A stretch of DNA of 64,000 bases from an uncultured Thermoleophilia bacterium (GTDB lineage Bacteria; Actinomycetota; Thermoleophilia; UBA2241): positions 8,089 through 72,088 of the forward strand of contig CAVOMB010000061.1 in assembly GCA_963696935.1 (NCBI GenBank), read 5' to 3'. Shown here piece by piece: positions 45,690 to 60,680 of the stretch. The position numbers and the translations under genes are program-made. Numbering within the stretch: position 1 is the stretch's first letter; each line of letters opens with the position of its first letter. The notes below the pieces were generated by a model. The model ran no database searches, was not told the origin of the DNA, and saw only the letters and a program-made list of their open reading frames with translations.

Positions 45690-46214
45690 TCAGCGCACGA
45701 ACTCGTCCGCCAGCAGTTCCATGAGGAGCGCGTCGCGCCACACGCCGTCCTCGACGCGCTCGTAGCGCCGCAGCACCCCGACGCGCCTGAACCCGAGCTT
45801 CTCGTAGACGTGGACGGCGCGGGCGTTCTCCGCCGCCGGGTCCACGGTCAGGCGGTGGTGCCCGCGCACGTCGAAGAGCCAGGCGATGAGCGTGCGCATG
45901 GCGTCCAGCCCGACACCGCGGCCCTGGGCGGCTGTGCCGACGAAGATGTCCACGGCCGCCGAGAAGTAGTCAGGGTCGGTCTCCTCGCTGAACTGGATGC
46001 AGCCGGCCACCTCGCCGGCGGCGACGATCGCGAAGGTGACGGCGTCGCGCTCGTCCACCCGCTCCCACTCTGCCCGGCGCCACCAGCGCGCGACCTCCGG
46101 CTCGTCGAGGACCGCCAGCAGGACCGGCAGGTCCGCCGGCGTCACCGGGCGCAGCGTGATCAGCCTGCCGTGCAGTTCAGGCTCCTCCGGCAGCGGTGCT
46201 TCGCCCGCGCTCAC
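45690..46214 (-). CDS. GNAT-family N-acetyltransferase (AAC(6')/RimL-like)
   Basis: LITLRPVTPADLP..., AAQGRGVGLDAMRTLI, and NARAVHVYEKLGFRRVG match the family. The GTG start lies 1 nt after the prfB stop. Confidence 0.85.
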   Translation of the reverse strand: MSAGEAPLPEEPELHGRLITLRPVTPADLPVLLAVLDEPEVARWWRRAEWERVDERDAVTFAIVAAGEVAGCIQFSEETDPDYFSAAVDIFVGTAAQGRGVGLDAMRTLIAWLFDVRGHHRLTVDPAAENARAVHVYEKLGFRRVGVLRRYERVEDGVWRDALLMELLADEFVR

Positions 46215-46215
46215 G

Positions 46216-47377
46216 CTACTTTCGCTTCTCGCTGCCCCCGGCGCGCCACACGAGGTATGCGTGGACGAAGCCGTCGAGGTCGCCGTCGAGCACGCTCTGC
46301 GCGTTGCCGACCTCGTGGCCGGTGCGCATGTCCTTCACCATCTGGTAAGGCTGCAGGACGTAGCTGCGGATCTGGCTGCCGAAGTCCACGTTGACCACCT
46401 CGCCGCGCTCTCGCGCCAGCTCCTCGGTCCGCTTGCGCTCCTCCAGCTCCACCAGCTTGGACTTGAGCATGTGCATGGCGACGGTCTTGTTCTGCAGCTG
46501 CGAGCGCTCGTTCTGGCACTGGACCACGATATTGGTCGGCAGGTGCGTGATGCGGATGGCCGAGCTGGTCTTGTTGACGTGCTGCCCGCCGGCGCCGCTG
46601 GAGCGGTAGGTGTCGATGCGCAGGTCGTCGTCGTTGATCTCGACGTCGACGTCGTCGCTGACCAGCGGGGACGCATCGACGGAAACGAAGCTCGTGTGGC
46701 GGCGGTTGGCGGAGTCGAAGGGGCTCATGCGCACGAGCCGGTGCACACCGCGCTCCGCCTGGATGAGCCCGTAGACGTTCTCGCCCTCGACCGTGAGCGT
46801 GGCGCTCTTGATCCCCGCCTCGTCGCCGTCCTGCAGGTCGTTCATCTCGACCTTGAAGCCGCGCTGCTCGAACCAGCGCAGGTACATGCGCAGCAGCATC
46901 TCGGCCCAGTCCTGCGACTCGGTGCCGCCGGCGCCGGGGTGGATGGTGAGGATGGCGCCGCCCTCGTCGTACTTGCCGCTGAAGAAGCGCTGCTCCTCGC
47001 CGCGCTGCAGGTCGGCCTCGAGGGAGTCGACGCCGCGCACGAGCTCCCCGAGGAGCTCCTCGTCCACGGAGTCACCGCCCAGCTCCTCGCGCACGAGCTC
47101 CTCGGTGGTCTCGAGATCGGCGAAGCGGGCTTCGACCGCGGCGAAGTCCTCGAGCCGGCGCTTGGCCCGGCTGTACTCGGCGGACACGGCTGAGGCCTTG
47201 TCCTGCTCGTCCCAGAACCCGGGAGCGCGCATGCGCTCCTCGAGGGCCTCGATCTGCTCTGTCAGCCTGGGGGGGTCAAAGATAGCTCCGCAGCCAGCCG
47301 AGGCGCCCTGAGGCTTCCTTCAGCCGCTCGCGGAGCTCATCCAGTTGAACGAGCGCTTCTGAGGCGGTGGGACTCAT
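46216..47377 (-). CDS. prfB: Peptide chain release factor 2, with programmed +1 frameshift
   Basis: ORF0 is ATG at 47377, then [33 protein letters not shown], then TGA (47278-47276). The site CTT TGA C is preceded by GGAG. The +1 frame continues [24 protein letters not shown]..., with the SPF and GGQ (GAGGQHVN) motifs. Confidence 0.95.
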
Positions 47378-47492
47378 GACCGAGGTAGTGTACCCGAATC
47401 AGCGAAGTGCTTCAGCCGGGCGGCGTGACCGCCGACACAGGTCCCATCAAGTCCATGACGCCGCTTGCGGGCATACTGCTTCGTGAGCGGCC

Positions 47493-50400
47493 TTGGGGAG
47501 ACGGATGGCGGGCACGGCGAAGCACAGAGAGACGGCACGGCACGGCGACGGGAGGGAGCGGCGCGGCGAGGCATCCTCGAGCCGCGCGGCGGTCCCGGAG
47601 CTCCCCAGCGTCGGCATGGACTCCATCGCCGCCGCCGTTCTCGTGTGCAGCGCCGACGGCACCATCGTCGGTCTGAACGGCGCGGCCGCCACCCTGCTCG
47701 GCGTGGAGCGCGCCGACGTCGTCGGCACGTCGCTGGCGGAGGTCAGCCGGTGGGCCGGCACGTGGGTCACCGAGACGGGTGACCCGATCGAACCCGCGGA
47801 GTCCACGGTGGCCAGACTGGACTTCGCCGGCCGGCGGGTGGAGGGCGAGGTCGTCGGCGTCCGGGGCAGGGACGAGCATGCGGCCACTTGGCTGCGTGTC
47901 TCGGCGGAGCCGTTGTTCTCCTCCGCCGGCGTGCTCGAGGACGTCGTCCTCACGCTGGTCGACATCACCGCGCTCAAGAAGACCAAGGACGCTCTCGAGC
48001 GCGCCGCGGCCGACCTCCGGGAGCTCGTCACCACCCTGCCGGACACCTATGTGTACGTGGACGCCTCCGACGTGGTGGGACGCATCGCCGGCGCGCGTGC
48101 GCCCGGGCACGGCGTCCCGCGCGCCTTCACAAGCGACGGGATCGGCGAGTCTCTTTGGGAGTCGCTGTCCGAAGACGCCGCCCGCAGGCTGCGCCAAGCC
48201 GCCGCGCTGGCGCGCGCCACCGGCAAGCCCGTGACGGCGGAGATCGCCTCGGTCACGCCGGCGAGCGTCGTGTACGACGAGGTACGCCACTTCCCGCGTA
48301 ACGACGGCAGCCTGACGCTGATCGTCCGCGATATCACCGAGAACCGGAGGGCCGCGGAGGCGTTGCGGCAGAGCGAGGAGAAGTACCGCACGCTCTACCT
48401 GCACACGCCGGTCATGCTGCACTCCATCGACGGCGAGGGCCGCCTGCTGAGCGTCAGCGACCGCTGGCTGCAGCGGCTCGGGTACACAAGCGAGGAAGTA
48501 CTGGGCCGGCACGTGACCGACTTCCTCACGGAGCAGTCTCGGTGCCGGGCGTTGGAGGAGTCGCTCCCGCGCTTCTTCGCCACCGGGGTGATCGAGGACC
48601 AGGCGGAGCAGATGGTGGCCAAGGACGGTTCCGTAGTGGACATCCTTCTCTCCGCCACCTCGGAGCGCGCCGGCAACGGCAGCGTGATCCGGTCCCTCGC
48701 CGTGCTGGTCGACGTCACCGAGCAACTGCGGACTGAGCGCGAGCTCGCCGAGCGCGACCGGACGATGGAGAACCTCCTCGCCAACGTGCCGGGGCTGGCC
48801 TACCGTTGTGCCAACGATCCCGATTGGACGGCACTGCTGCTGAGCGACGGCTGCCGGGATGTGACGGGCTATGAGCCGGCCGAACTCGTTGGCCCCGGCA
48901 GTCCCACCTACGCCGGGATCATCGTTCCCGAAGATCGCCAGGACGTATGGAACCGCATCCAGGCCGCACTCGCGGACGGGGAGCCCTGGACCATCACGTA
49001 TCGCATCGTCACCAAGGCAGGCGAGACTCGCTGGGTCTGGGAGCGAGGGGTCGGCGTTCACGGTGACGACGGCACCCTCCAGTATCTCGACGGGTTCGTC
49101 AGCGACATCACCGAGCTGCGCACTGCCGAGGACGCGCTCCGCGAGCGCGAGCAGATGCTCTCCGCCGTCGTCGCCAGCCTCCCCGGCGCCGTCTACCGCA
49201 GCGAGCTCCGAGAGCCGTGGCGCACCACGTTCCTCAGCGGGGGCTCGAGGGACCTGCTGGACCGCGACCCCGAGACCGTCGTCGCGGGCGAGATGCTCTG
49301 GGCGGACTTCGTGCACCCAGACGATGCGCACCTGCTCGGCGAGGACATAGAGCGCGACCTCTCCGCGGGTTCGCCGACGACGGAGTCGGAGTACCGTATC
49401 CTCACCGCCGGAGGAGAGCCACGCTGGGTGCTCGACCGGGCGATGTTCGTCCGCGACGCGAGAGGAGAACCCGTCGAGCTGATCGGCATGCTGTTCGACG
49501 TGACCGGCCTGCACGGGGCGCTCGAGGCTCGCGCCGAGAGCGAGCGCCGTCTGCGCACCATCATCGACAACATCCCGGGCATGGTGTACCGCTCTCAGGC
49601 GGTGGCGCCCTGGAGCGACGAGCTCATCGCCGGCGGCGACGTCAGCGTGACCGGCTACTCGGTCGAGGAGCTCACCGCCCCCGACTTCCGCTGGGACCAG
49701 ATCATGCACCCGGAGGACGTCCCGCGGCTGGAGGAGGCTTCTCGCATCGGCGCCGAGACCGGGCGCGGGCAGACCGAGTACCGCATCCGGGCAAAGGACG
49801 GCGCCGAGCGCTGGTTGCTCGACCGCTTCACGTTCCTCAAGGACGACCACGGTGTACCGGTGGCGCAGGAGGGCATCCTCGTCGACATCACGGAGCAGCA
49901 CCGGACCGAGGATGAGCTGCGGGCCTCCCGCAGCGTGCTCGAGCTGCACGCGCGTGTCGCGACGATCTTCCTGACCGCGGACCCGGACAGGATGTTCACG
50001 GAGGTCCTCGGGGTCATCCGGGAGGTCCTGGGGGCGCGGTGGGGCTTCTTCGGCTACCTCGACGCGGACGGCGCCCTCGTGGCCCCCTCCGTGGACAAGG
50101 AGGTCTGGGAGGCCTGCCGGGTGGAGGGCAAGCCGATGCGGTTCCCGCCGGAGGTGTGGAGCGACAACACCTGGTCGCGCGCCATCCGCACGAGACGCTC
50201 GCAGAGGCTGGAGGGCGAGGGCACGGTGCCCGAGGGCCACCTGCCCATCGGCCGCGCCGTGGCGACGCCGATCGTGCACGGCGAGGAGAGCATCGGCGTG
50301 CTGATCCTGGCGGAGCGCGAGACGGCCTTCGGCGACGAGGACGTGCGCCTGCTGGAGGACCTCGCCGCGACCATCGCGCCGGTGTTGCACGAGTGGCGTG

Positions 50401-52115
50401 AGCGGATGGAGCAGGAGTCCGCGCGCGAGGAGGCCGAGCGCGCGCTGCGCGAGTCCGAGCAGCGCTACCGCTCGCTGTACGACGGCTCGCCCGTCGGCGT
50501 CTTCGTGTACGACGCCGGCCTGACGTTCCTCGACGGCAACGGCGCGCTCGAGGAGATCCTCGGAGGAGAGGCGTCACGGTACGTCGGCACGTACATCCCC
50601 GACGTCATCACCGAGAGGGCCCTCCTGACCCCGCTCGAGGAGTCGGTCCAGGGGCGTGAGAGCATCTCAGAAGGCCCGTACAGCGCCGCGGACGGGCGCG
50701 GATTCTGGCTCACTCTCAAGGCGGCGCCGCGGTACGACGCCGACGGCAGGATCGTAGGAGGTACAGCCGGCCTCATCGACAGGACCCGGCAGCGTGAGAG
50801 CGAGGAGCAGGTCCGCCACCTTCTGCTCCACGACCCGGTGTCCGGCCTCGCCAACCGAGCGCTCCTCGAGGAGCGCGTGGGCCAGGCGCTCAAGCATGCG
50901 CAGCGCAAGCGCCTGTCCTTCTCGCTCGCCGCCTTCCGCGTCGACCGCTTCGACACGGTCGAGTCGTCGCTCGGTCACACGGACATAGACCTGCTGCTGA
51001 AGGAGCTCGGCCGGCGGCTCCAGCAGGCCGGGCGCGCCGAGGACACCGTCGCGTACCTCGGCTCCGGCGCCTTTGCCGCGCTGCTGCCGGGCGCGGCGGG
51101 CCCGGTGGAGGCCACCGCCGCCGTCGCCGGTCTGCTCACGGCCGTGAGCGAGCCGCTGGTGGTGGAGCACCACGAGCTCTTCCTGTCGGTCAGTCTCGGC
51201 GTGGCTATCTACCCCACAGACGGCGCAGTGACCAGCGAGCTCCTGCGCAACGCCGACACCGCTATGCGGCAGGCCTCGGACGCCGGCGGCAGCCGCTGGC
51301 AGTTCTTCCACCCCGGGCTGAACGAGGAGCAGGCGGACCGGCTGGAGCTCGACGCCGAGCTGCACCGCGCCCTCGAGGGTGACCAGTTCTTCCTGGAGTA
51401 CCAGCCGCTGGTCGCCACCGCGACCGAGGAGATCGTCGGCGTGGAGAGCCTCGTGCGCTGGCGCCACCCGGAGCGCGGGGTACTGCAGCCGATGGACTTC
51501 ATCCCCGTCGCCGAGGACTCCGGGGTCCTGACCGCCATCGGCGAGTGGGTCCTCCGCGAGGCGTGCATGCAGGGGCGCGCCTGGCACCGGCAGTTCGGCA
51601 AGCCGCTGCGCATGGCCGTCAACATGAGCGCCCGGCAGCTCCACGACGAGGCCTTCGTCGCCATGGTGCGGCGCACGCTGCGCGCGACGGGGTTCGATGC
51701 GCACGCGCTCGAGCTCGAGATCACCGAGACCGCGGCCATGCGCGACGCGCGCCACACCGCCCAGATCCTCGGCGCTCTGCGCAAGATGGGCGTGCGCGTC
51801 GCCCTCGACGACTTCGGCACGGGCTACTCGTCGCTCAGCCACCTCGTGCGCCTGCCGATCTCGACCGTCAAGATCGACCGGTCGTTCGTGCGCGACCTGC
51901 TCACGGTACCGGAGCACGCCGCGGTGGCCGCTTCAGTGATCGCCCTGGGCCACCGCCTGGGGCTGACGGTCGTGGCCGAGGGCGTCGAGACCATCGGCGA
52001 GCGCGGCGCGCTACGGGACGAAGGCTGCGACGCCATCCAGGGCTTCCTGTACAGCCGGGCCGTGCCGGCGCCGGAGTGCACGGAGCTGCTCCGCGCCGGC
52101 GTCATCCACCGGTAG
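47493..52115 (+). CDS. 1540-aa multi-PAS/GAF signalling protein with degenerate GGDEF and intact EAL domain
   Basis: At least 6 PAS/PAC repeats (recurring G.P.W...YR...G..RWV motif) and a GAF domain. The GGDEF domain has RAED-x5-GSGAF. The EAL domain has EYQPLV, ELEITE, DDFGTGYSSL, KIDRSF, AEGVE and QGFL. Confidence 0.9.
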   Translation: MGRRMAGTAKHRETARHGDGRERRGEASSSRAAVPELPSVGMDSIAAAVLVCSADGTIVGLNGAAATLLGVERADVVGTSLAEVSRWAGTWVTETGDPIEPAESTVARLDFAGRRVEGEVVGVRGRDEHAATWLRVSAEPLFSSAGVLEDVVLTLVDITALKKTKDALERAAADLRELVTTLPDTYVYVDASDVVGRIAGARAPGHGVPRAFTSDGIGESLWESLSEDAARRLRQAAALARATGKPVTAEIASVTPASVVYDEVRHFPRNDGSLTLIVRDITENRRAAEALRQSEEKYRTLYLHTPVMLHSIDGEGRLLSVSDRWLQRLGYTSEEVLGRHVTDFLTEQSRCRALEESLPRFFATGVIEDQAEQMVAKDGSVVDILLSATSERAGNGSVIRSLAVLVDVTEQLRTERELAERDRTMENLLANVPGLAYRCANDPDWTALLLSDGCRDVTGYEPAELVGPGSPTYAGIIVPEDRQDVWNRIQAALADGEPWTITYRIVTKAGETRWVWERGVGVHGDDGTLQYLDGFVSDITELRTAEDALREREQMLSAVVASLPGAVYRSELREPWRTTFLSGGSRDLLDRDPETVVAGEMLWADFVHPDDAHLLGEDIERDLSAGSPTTESEYRILTAGGEPRWVLDRAMFVRDARGEPVELIGMLFDVTGLHGALEARAESERRLRTIIDNIPGMVYRSQAVAPWSDELIAGGDVSVTGYSVEELTAPDFRWDQIMHPEDVPRLEEASRIGAETGRGQTEYRIRAKDGAERWLLDRFTFLKDDHGVPVAQEGILVDITEQHRTEDELRASRSVLELHARVATIFLTADPDRMFTEVLGVIREVLGARWGFFGYLDADGALVAPSVDKEVWEACRVEGKPMRFPPEVWSDNTWSRAIRTRRSQRLEGEGTVPEGHLPIGRAVATPIVHGEESIGVLILAERETAFGDEDVRLLEDLAATIAPVLHEWRERMEQESAREEAERALRESEQRYRSLYDGSPVGVFVYDAGLTFLDGNGALEEILGGEASRYVGTYIPDVITERALLTPLEESVQGRESISEGPYSAADGRGFWLTLKAAPRYDADGRIVGGTAGLIDRTRQRESEEQVRHLLLHDPVSGLANRALLEERVGQALKHAQRKRLSFSLAAFRVDRFDTVESSLGHTDIDLLLKELGRRLQQAGRAEDTVAYLGSGAFAALLPGAAGPVEATAAVAGLLTAVSEPLVVEHHELFLSVSLGVAIYPTDGAVTSELLRNADTAMRQASDAGGSRWQFFHPGLNEEQADRLELDAELHRALEGDQFFLEYQPLVATATEEIVGVESLVRWRHPERGVLQPMDFIPVAEDSGVLTAIGEWVLREACMQGRAWHRQFGKPLRMAVNMSARQLHDEAFVAMVRRTLRATGFDAHALELEITETAAMRDARHTAQILGALRKMGVRVALDDFGTGYSSLSHLVRLPISTVKIDRSFVRDLLTVPEHAAVAASVIALGHRLGLTVVAEGVETIGERGALRDEGCDAIQGFLYSRAVPAPECTELLRAGVIHR

Positions 52116-52234
52116 CAAGGCTCGACGCACGCAACGCACCGCGCTCAGAAGTGGTGCGAAGCCGCGTTCGAGCGCCGCAGCGATGCGCTATGCGGAGGAC
52201 GAGTGGTCATGGCGCGCCGGAGTCGCGGAGCGAC

Positions 52235-54880
<2,646 letters not shown>

Positions 54881-55011
54881 TGGGAATCGACTCCAAGGGT
54901 AGGATGGCGGACTTCTCTACCCATTGTCGCACAGCCTGCGAGGTTCGGTGCACGCCGGCCGCCCGGCGCCCCGAAGGGCTGACGAGGCCAGCCGTGCGCG
55001 GATTTCCGCTC

Positions 55012-55048
55012 GATTGAAGGGTGCCCCCAATCGGCGCACCCTTCGATC
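55012..55048 (-). terminator. Hairpin downstream of hpf
   Basis: gattgaagggtgc pairs with gcacccttcgatc (13 bp including one G-U), 11-nt loop. It starts 16 nt after the hpf stop. Confidence 0.45.
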
Positions 55049-55063
55049 AGCCCGCTTCCCTCG

Positions 55064-55684
55064 TCAATTCTCCGCCGGCTCGATCAGCCCGTAGTGGCCG
55101 TCGTTGCGGCGGTACACCACGTTGGTCCGGTTGGACTCGGCGTTCGTGAAGACGAAGAAGTCGTGGCCCACGAGCTCCATCTGAAGCGTCGCCTCGTTGA
55201 TCGACATGGGCTTGAGCGCGAACTGCTTGGTCTTGACGATGCGGCCGTTGTCTCCCGCGTGCACGGCGTCACCGGCGGTCTCGTCGGCGAGCGCCGCCTC
55301 CGCAGCGACGGGCGCGAGCTCCGCGACCGCCTCGACCGGCGCGACGATCTTCTCGTGCCCGTGGCGGGTCTTGCCGTGGACCTTGTCGTGGTACTTCTTG
55401 ACGCGGCGCACGAGCTTGTCGCTCACCAGGTCGATCGCGGCATACATGTCGGTTGATGACTCGCGCGCCCGGATCACAGGTCCGCGGGTGAACACCGTCG
55501 CCTCGGCGATGCACGGTTCGGAGATGCTCGGGTTCTTCTCCACCTGGAGCTCGAGCTCTACCCTCGTGACCTCGTCGATCTTGCGCTGCTGCAGGAGCTT
55601 GTGGACGTGCTCCATCTTCTCGTTTGCGTAGTCCTGCAGGGCTGGCGTCACGGTGACATTACGACCCTTGATCTGAGTTTTCAT
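55064..55684 (-). CDS. hpf: Ribosome hibernation promoting factor, long form
   Basis: MKTQIKGRNVTVTPALQDYANEK..., plus a C-terminal dimerisation domain (IVKTKQFALKPMSINEATLQMELVGHDFFVF). ATG at 55684 lies 8 nt after AAGGAG and overlaps the comF stop (ATGA); an alternative ATG is at 55690. Confidence 0.9.
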   Translation of the reverse strand: MKTQIKGRNVTVTPALQDYANEKMEHVHKLLQQRKIDEVTRVELELQVEKNPSISEPCIAEATVFTRGPVIRARESSTDMYAAIDLVSDKLVRRVKKYHDKVHGKTRHGHEKIVAPVEAVAELAPVAAEAALADETAGDAVHAGDNGRIVKTKQFALKPMSINEATLQMELVGHDFFVFTNAESNRTNVVYRRNDGHYGLIEPAEN

Positions 55685-56520
55685 CGACATCGCTCCTTAG
55701 GGACGGCGTGGTCTCGCGATGCTTGGCAAGCGCTCGCACGGACGGTCCGCGCGAAGGTGAAGGTGTGGGAGTCGAGACCGGCGTTAGCGAGCGCTTGCGC
55801 ACACTGGTTCAACGTTTCACCTGTGGTGTAGACGTCGTCAACAATGATCACTCGCCTAGGCTTGGTACCTACCCCGAAACCGGGCTCTCGCAACGCGAAC
55901 GCGTGATGGACGTTGGCGGCCCGCGCGGCCCGGCTGAGCCCGCTCTGGCGGGCGCCGTGCCGCACGCGACGGAGCAGCGGAGCATAGGCGAGCCCGGCAT
56001 CCGCTGCAAGCCGACGGGCGAGCGACTCGGCAAGGTCGAAGCCGCGGTCCCGCCGATGGTCGTGATGCGCGGGCACCGAGGTGACGACCACCTCCGCGCC
56101 GCCGGCGCCGGCGCCGCGGACGGCGCCGGCGAACGCCGGGGCCGCCCTCACGGCGAGCTCGTCGGCGAGCGAGCGAAGGGCACGGAACTTGCACGCGGTG
56201 ACGAGCGCTCTCGCCGGCCCGTCGTAGCAGTACGCGGCGGACGCCGCCGTGAAGGCGAGGTCGCGGCCGACGCACTCGCGGCAGGCGGGCATGCGGCGGG
56301 CGGCGGAGCCAGGACGCGGCGGCCGGACCGGCCTGCCGGCGCGGCGCGACGGAGCGCCGCAGCGGCCGCAGCGGTCGTCCGGCAGAGGATGGAGTTCCGC
56401 GGCGCAGGCCTCGCAGAGCCAGGTCCCCGGGGCGCGACAGACGACACAGCGCCGCGGGAAGACCAGGTCGAGCAGGCCGTCGAGTGCGCCCCTGGCTTGC
56501 ACCCGCGGCCCCCGGATCAC
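55681..56520 (-). CDS. comF: ComF-family phosphoribosyltransferase-like protein
   Basis: N-terminal Cys-rich zinc-finger region (FPRRCVVCRAPGTWLCEACAAEL...CGRCG...CREC) plus a PRTase motif (VIIVDDVYTTGETL). The GTG start overlaps the upstream stop (GTGA). Confidence 0.8.
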   Translation of the reverse strand: MIRGPRVQARGALDGLLDLVFPRRCVVCRAPGTWLCEACAAELHPLPDDRCGRCGAPSRRAGRPVRPPRPGSAARRMPACRECVGRDLAFTAASAAYCYDGPARALVTACKFRALRSLADELAVRAAPAFAGAVRGAGAGGAEVVVTSVPAHHDHRRDRGFDLAESLARRLAADAGLAYAPLLRRVRHGARQSGLSRAARAANVHHAFALREPGFGVGTKPRRVIIVDDVYTTGETLNQCAQALANAGLDSHTFTFARTVRASACQASRDHAVPKERCR

Positions 56521-57664
56521 TTCCCGCCGTCCCCGTGTGAGTGCGCGCCCGCGTCCAGGCACGTCCGCGGCTCCAGCCGCGCGCCGGCGTCCACGAGCGC
56601 GTGAGGGCCGACCTCCGAGCGGTCGCCCACCACGGAGTCCTCGTGGACGACGGCCTCGTGGTGCACCACGACGTTGCGCCCGAGGATGCTGCCGGCGAGG
56701 CGTGAGTCGCGGCCGGCCCTGGCCCCGTCCCAGTGGATGACGCCCTCGAGCACGGCGCCGTGTTCGACCACGCAGCCGTCGCCGATGATCAGCGGGCCGA
56801 TGAGCTCGGCGCCGCCCTCGACCATGCAGCCGGCGCCGAGCAGCACCGGCGGATCGATGCGCACCCCGCCCTCGATCTGGGTGCCCTGGCCGACCCACAC
56901 GCGCGGAGCGATCTCGCGGCCGGGCACCCGCACGTCGACCCGGCCTAGCAGCGCGTCGAAGTTGCCGACGCGGTACTGCTCGATGTTGCCGACGTCGTTC
57001 CAGTAGCTCTCCAGCCGCCACGCGTGGAACGGGCGACCGTCCCGCAGCAGCGCCGGGAAGACGTCCTTGGCCCAGTCGACGAACGCGCCCGGCGAGATGT
57101 AGTCGAAGATCTCCGGCTCGAACGCGTAGATGCCGCAGTTGCACAGGGTCGACCGGGCCTCCTCGCGCGGAGGCTTCTCCTGGAAGCCGGTGATGCGCAG
57201 GTCGGCGTCGTGCACCACCACGCCGTAGAGCGACGGGTCTCCGACCTCTTTGACGGCAAGGGTGGCGATGCCGCCGGTGCGCCGATGCGCCTCGAGAAAG
57301 GCGCTGAGGTCGATGTCGGTGAGCCCGTCACCGCTCATGACGAGGAAGGTGGAGTCGCCGAGGAAGTCCCGGAACGCGTCGGCGCCACCGGCGGTGCCCA
57401 TGAGTTGCTCCTCGAGGTTGTACCGCAGTTCGACGCCGAACTCGCCGCCGTCCCCGAAGCAGGCGCTGATCTTGTCCGGGTGGTAGTGCAGGTTGGCGGC
57501 GATCTCAGTGACTCCGTGACGCTGCAGGAGGTGCAGCAGGTGTTCCATGACCGGCCGGTTGAGGATGGGGACCATGGGCTTGGAGGTCAGGCCGGTGAGC
57601 GGGTAGAGCCGCGTGCCCAGGCCGGCCGCCATGAGGTAGGCGCGCACCGCCGCCGAGTCGCGGC

Positions 57665-57668
<4 letters not shown>
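56517..57668 (-). CDS. NDP-sugar pyrophosphorylase (nucleotidyltransferase + left-handed beta-helix domain)
   Basis: LMAAGLGTRLYPLTGLTSKPMVPI, LVMSGDGLTDIDL, and WNDVGNIEQY, followed by hexapeptide repeats. The GTG start overlaps the mtnA stop (GTGA). Confidence 0.85.
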
Positions 57669-58810
<1,142 letters not shown>

Positions 58811-58825
58811 GGCGACTGCTCCGGC

Positions 58826-60680
<1,855 letters not shown>

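Noticed and set aside
47412-50390. 992-aa minus-strand ORF, and the 1145-aa plus-strand ORF at 51545-54982
   Set aside because: They are antisense shadows of the PAS/GGDEF/EAL gene and of secA respectively. No recognisable motifs.
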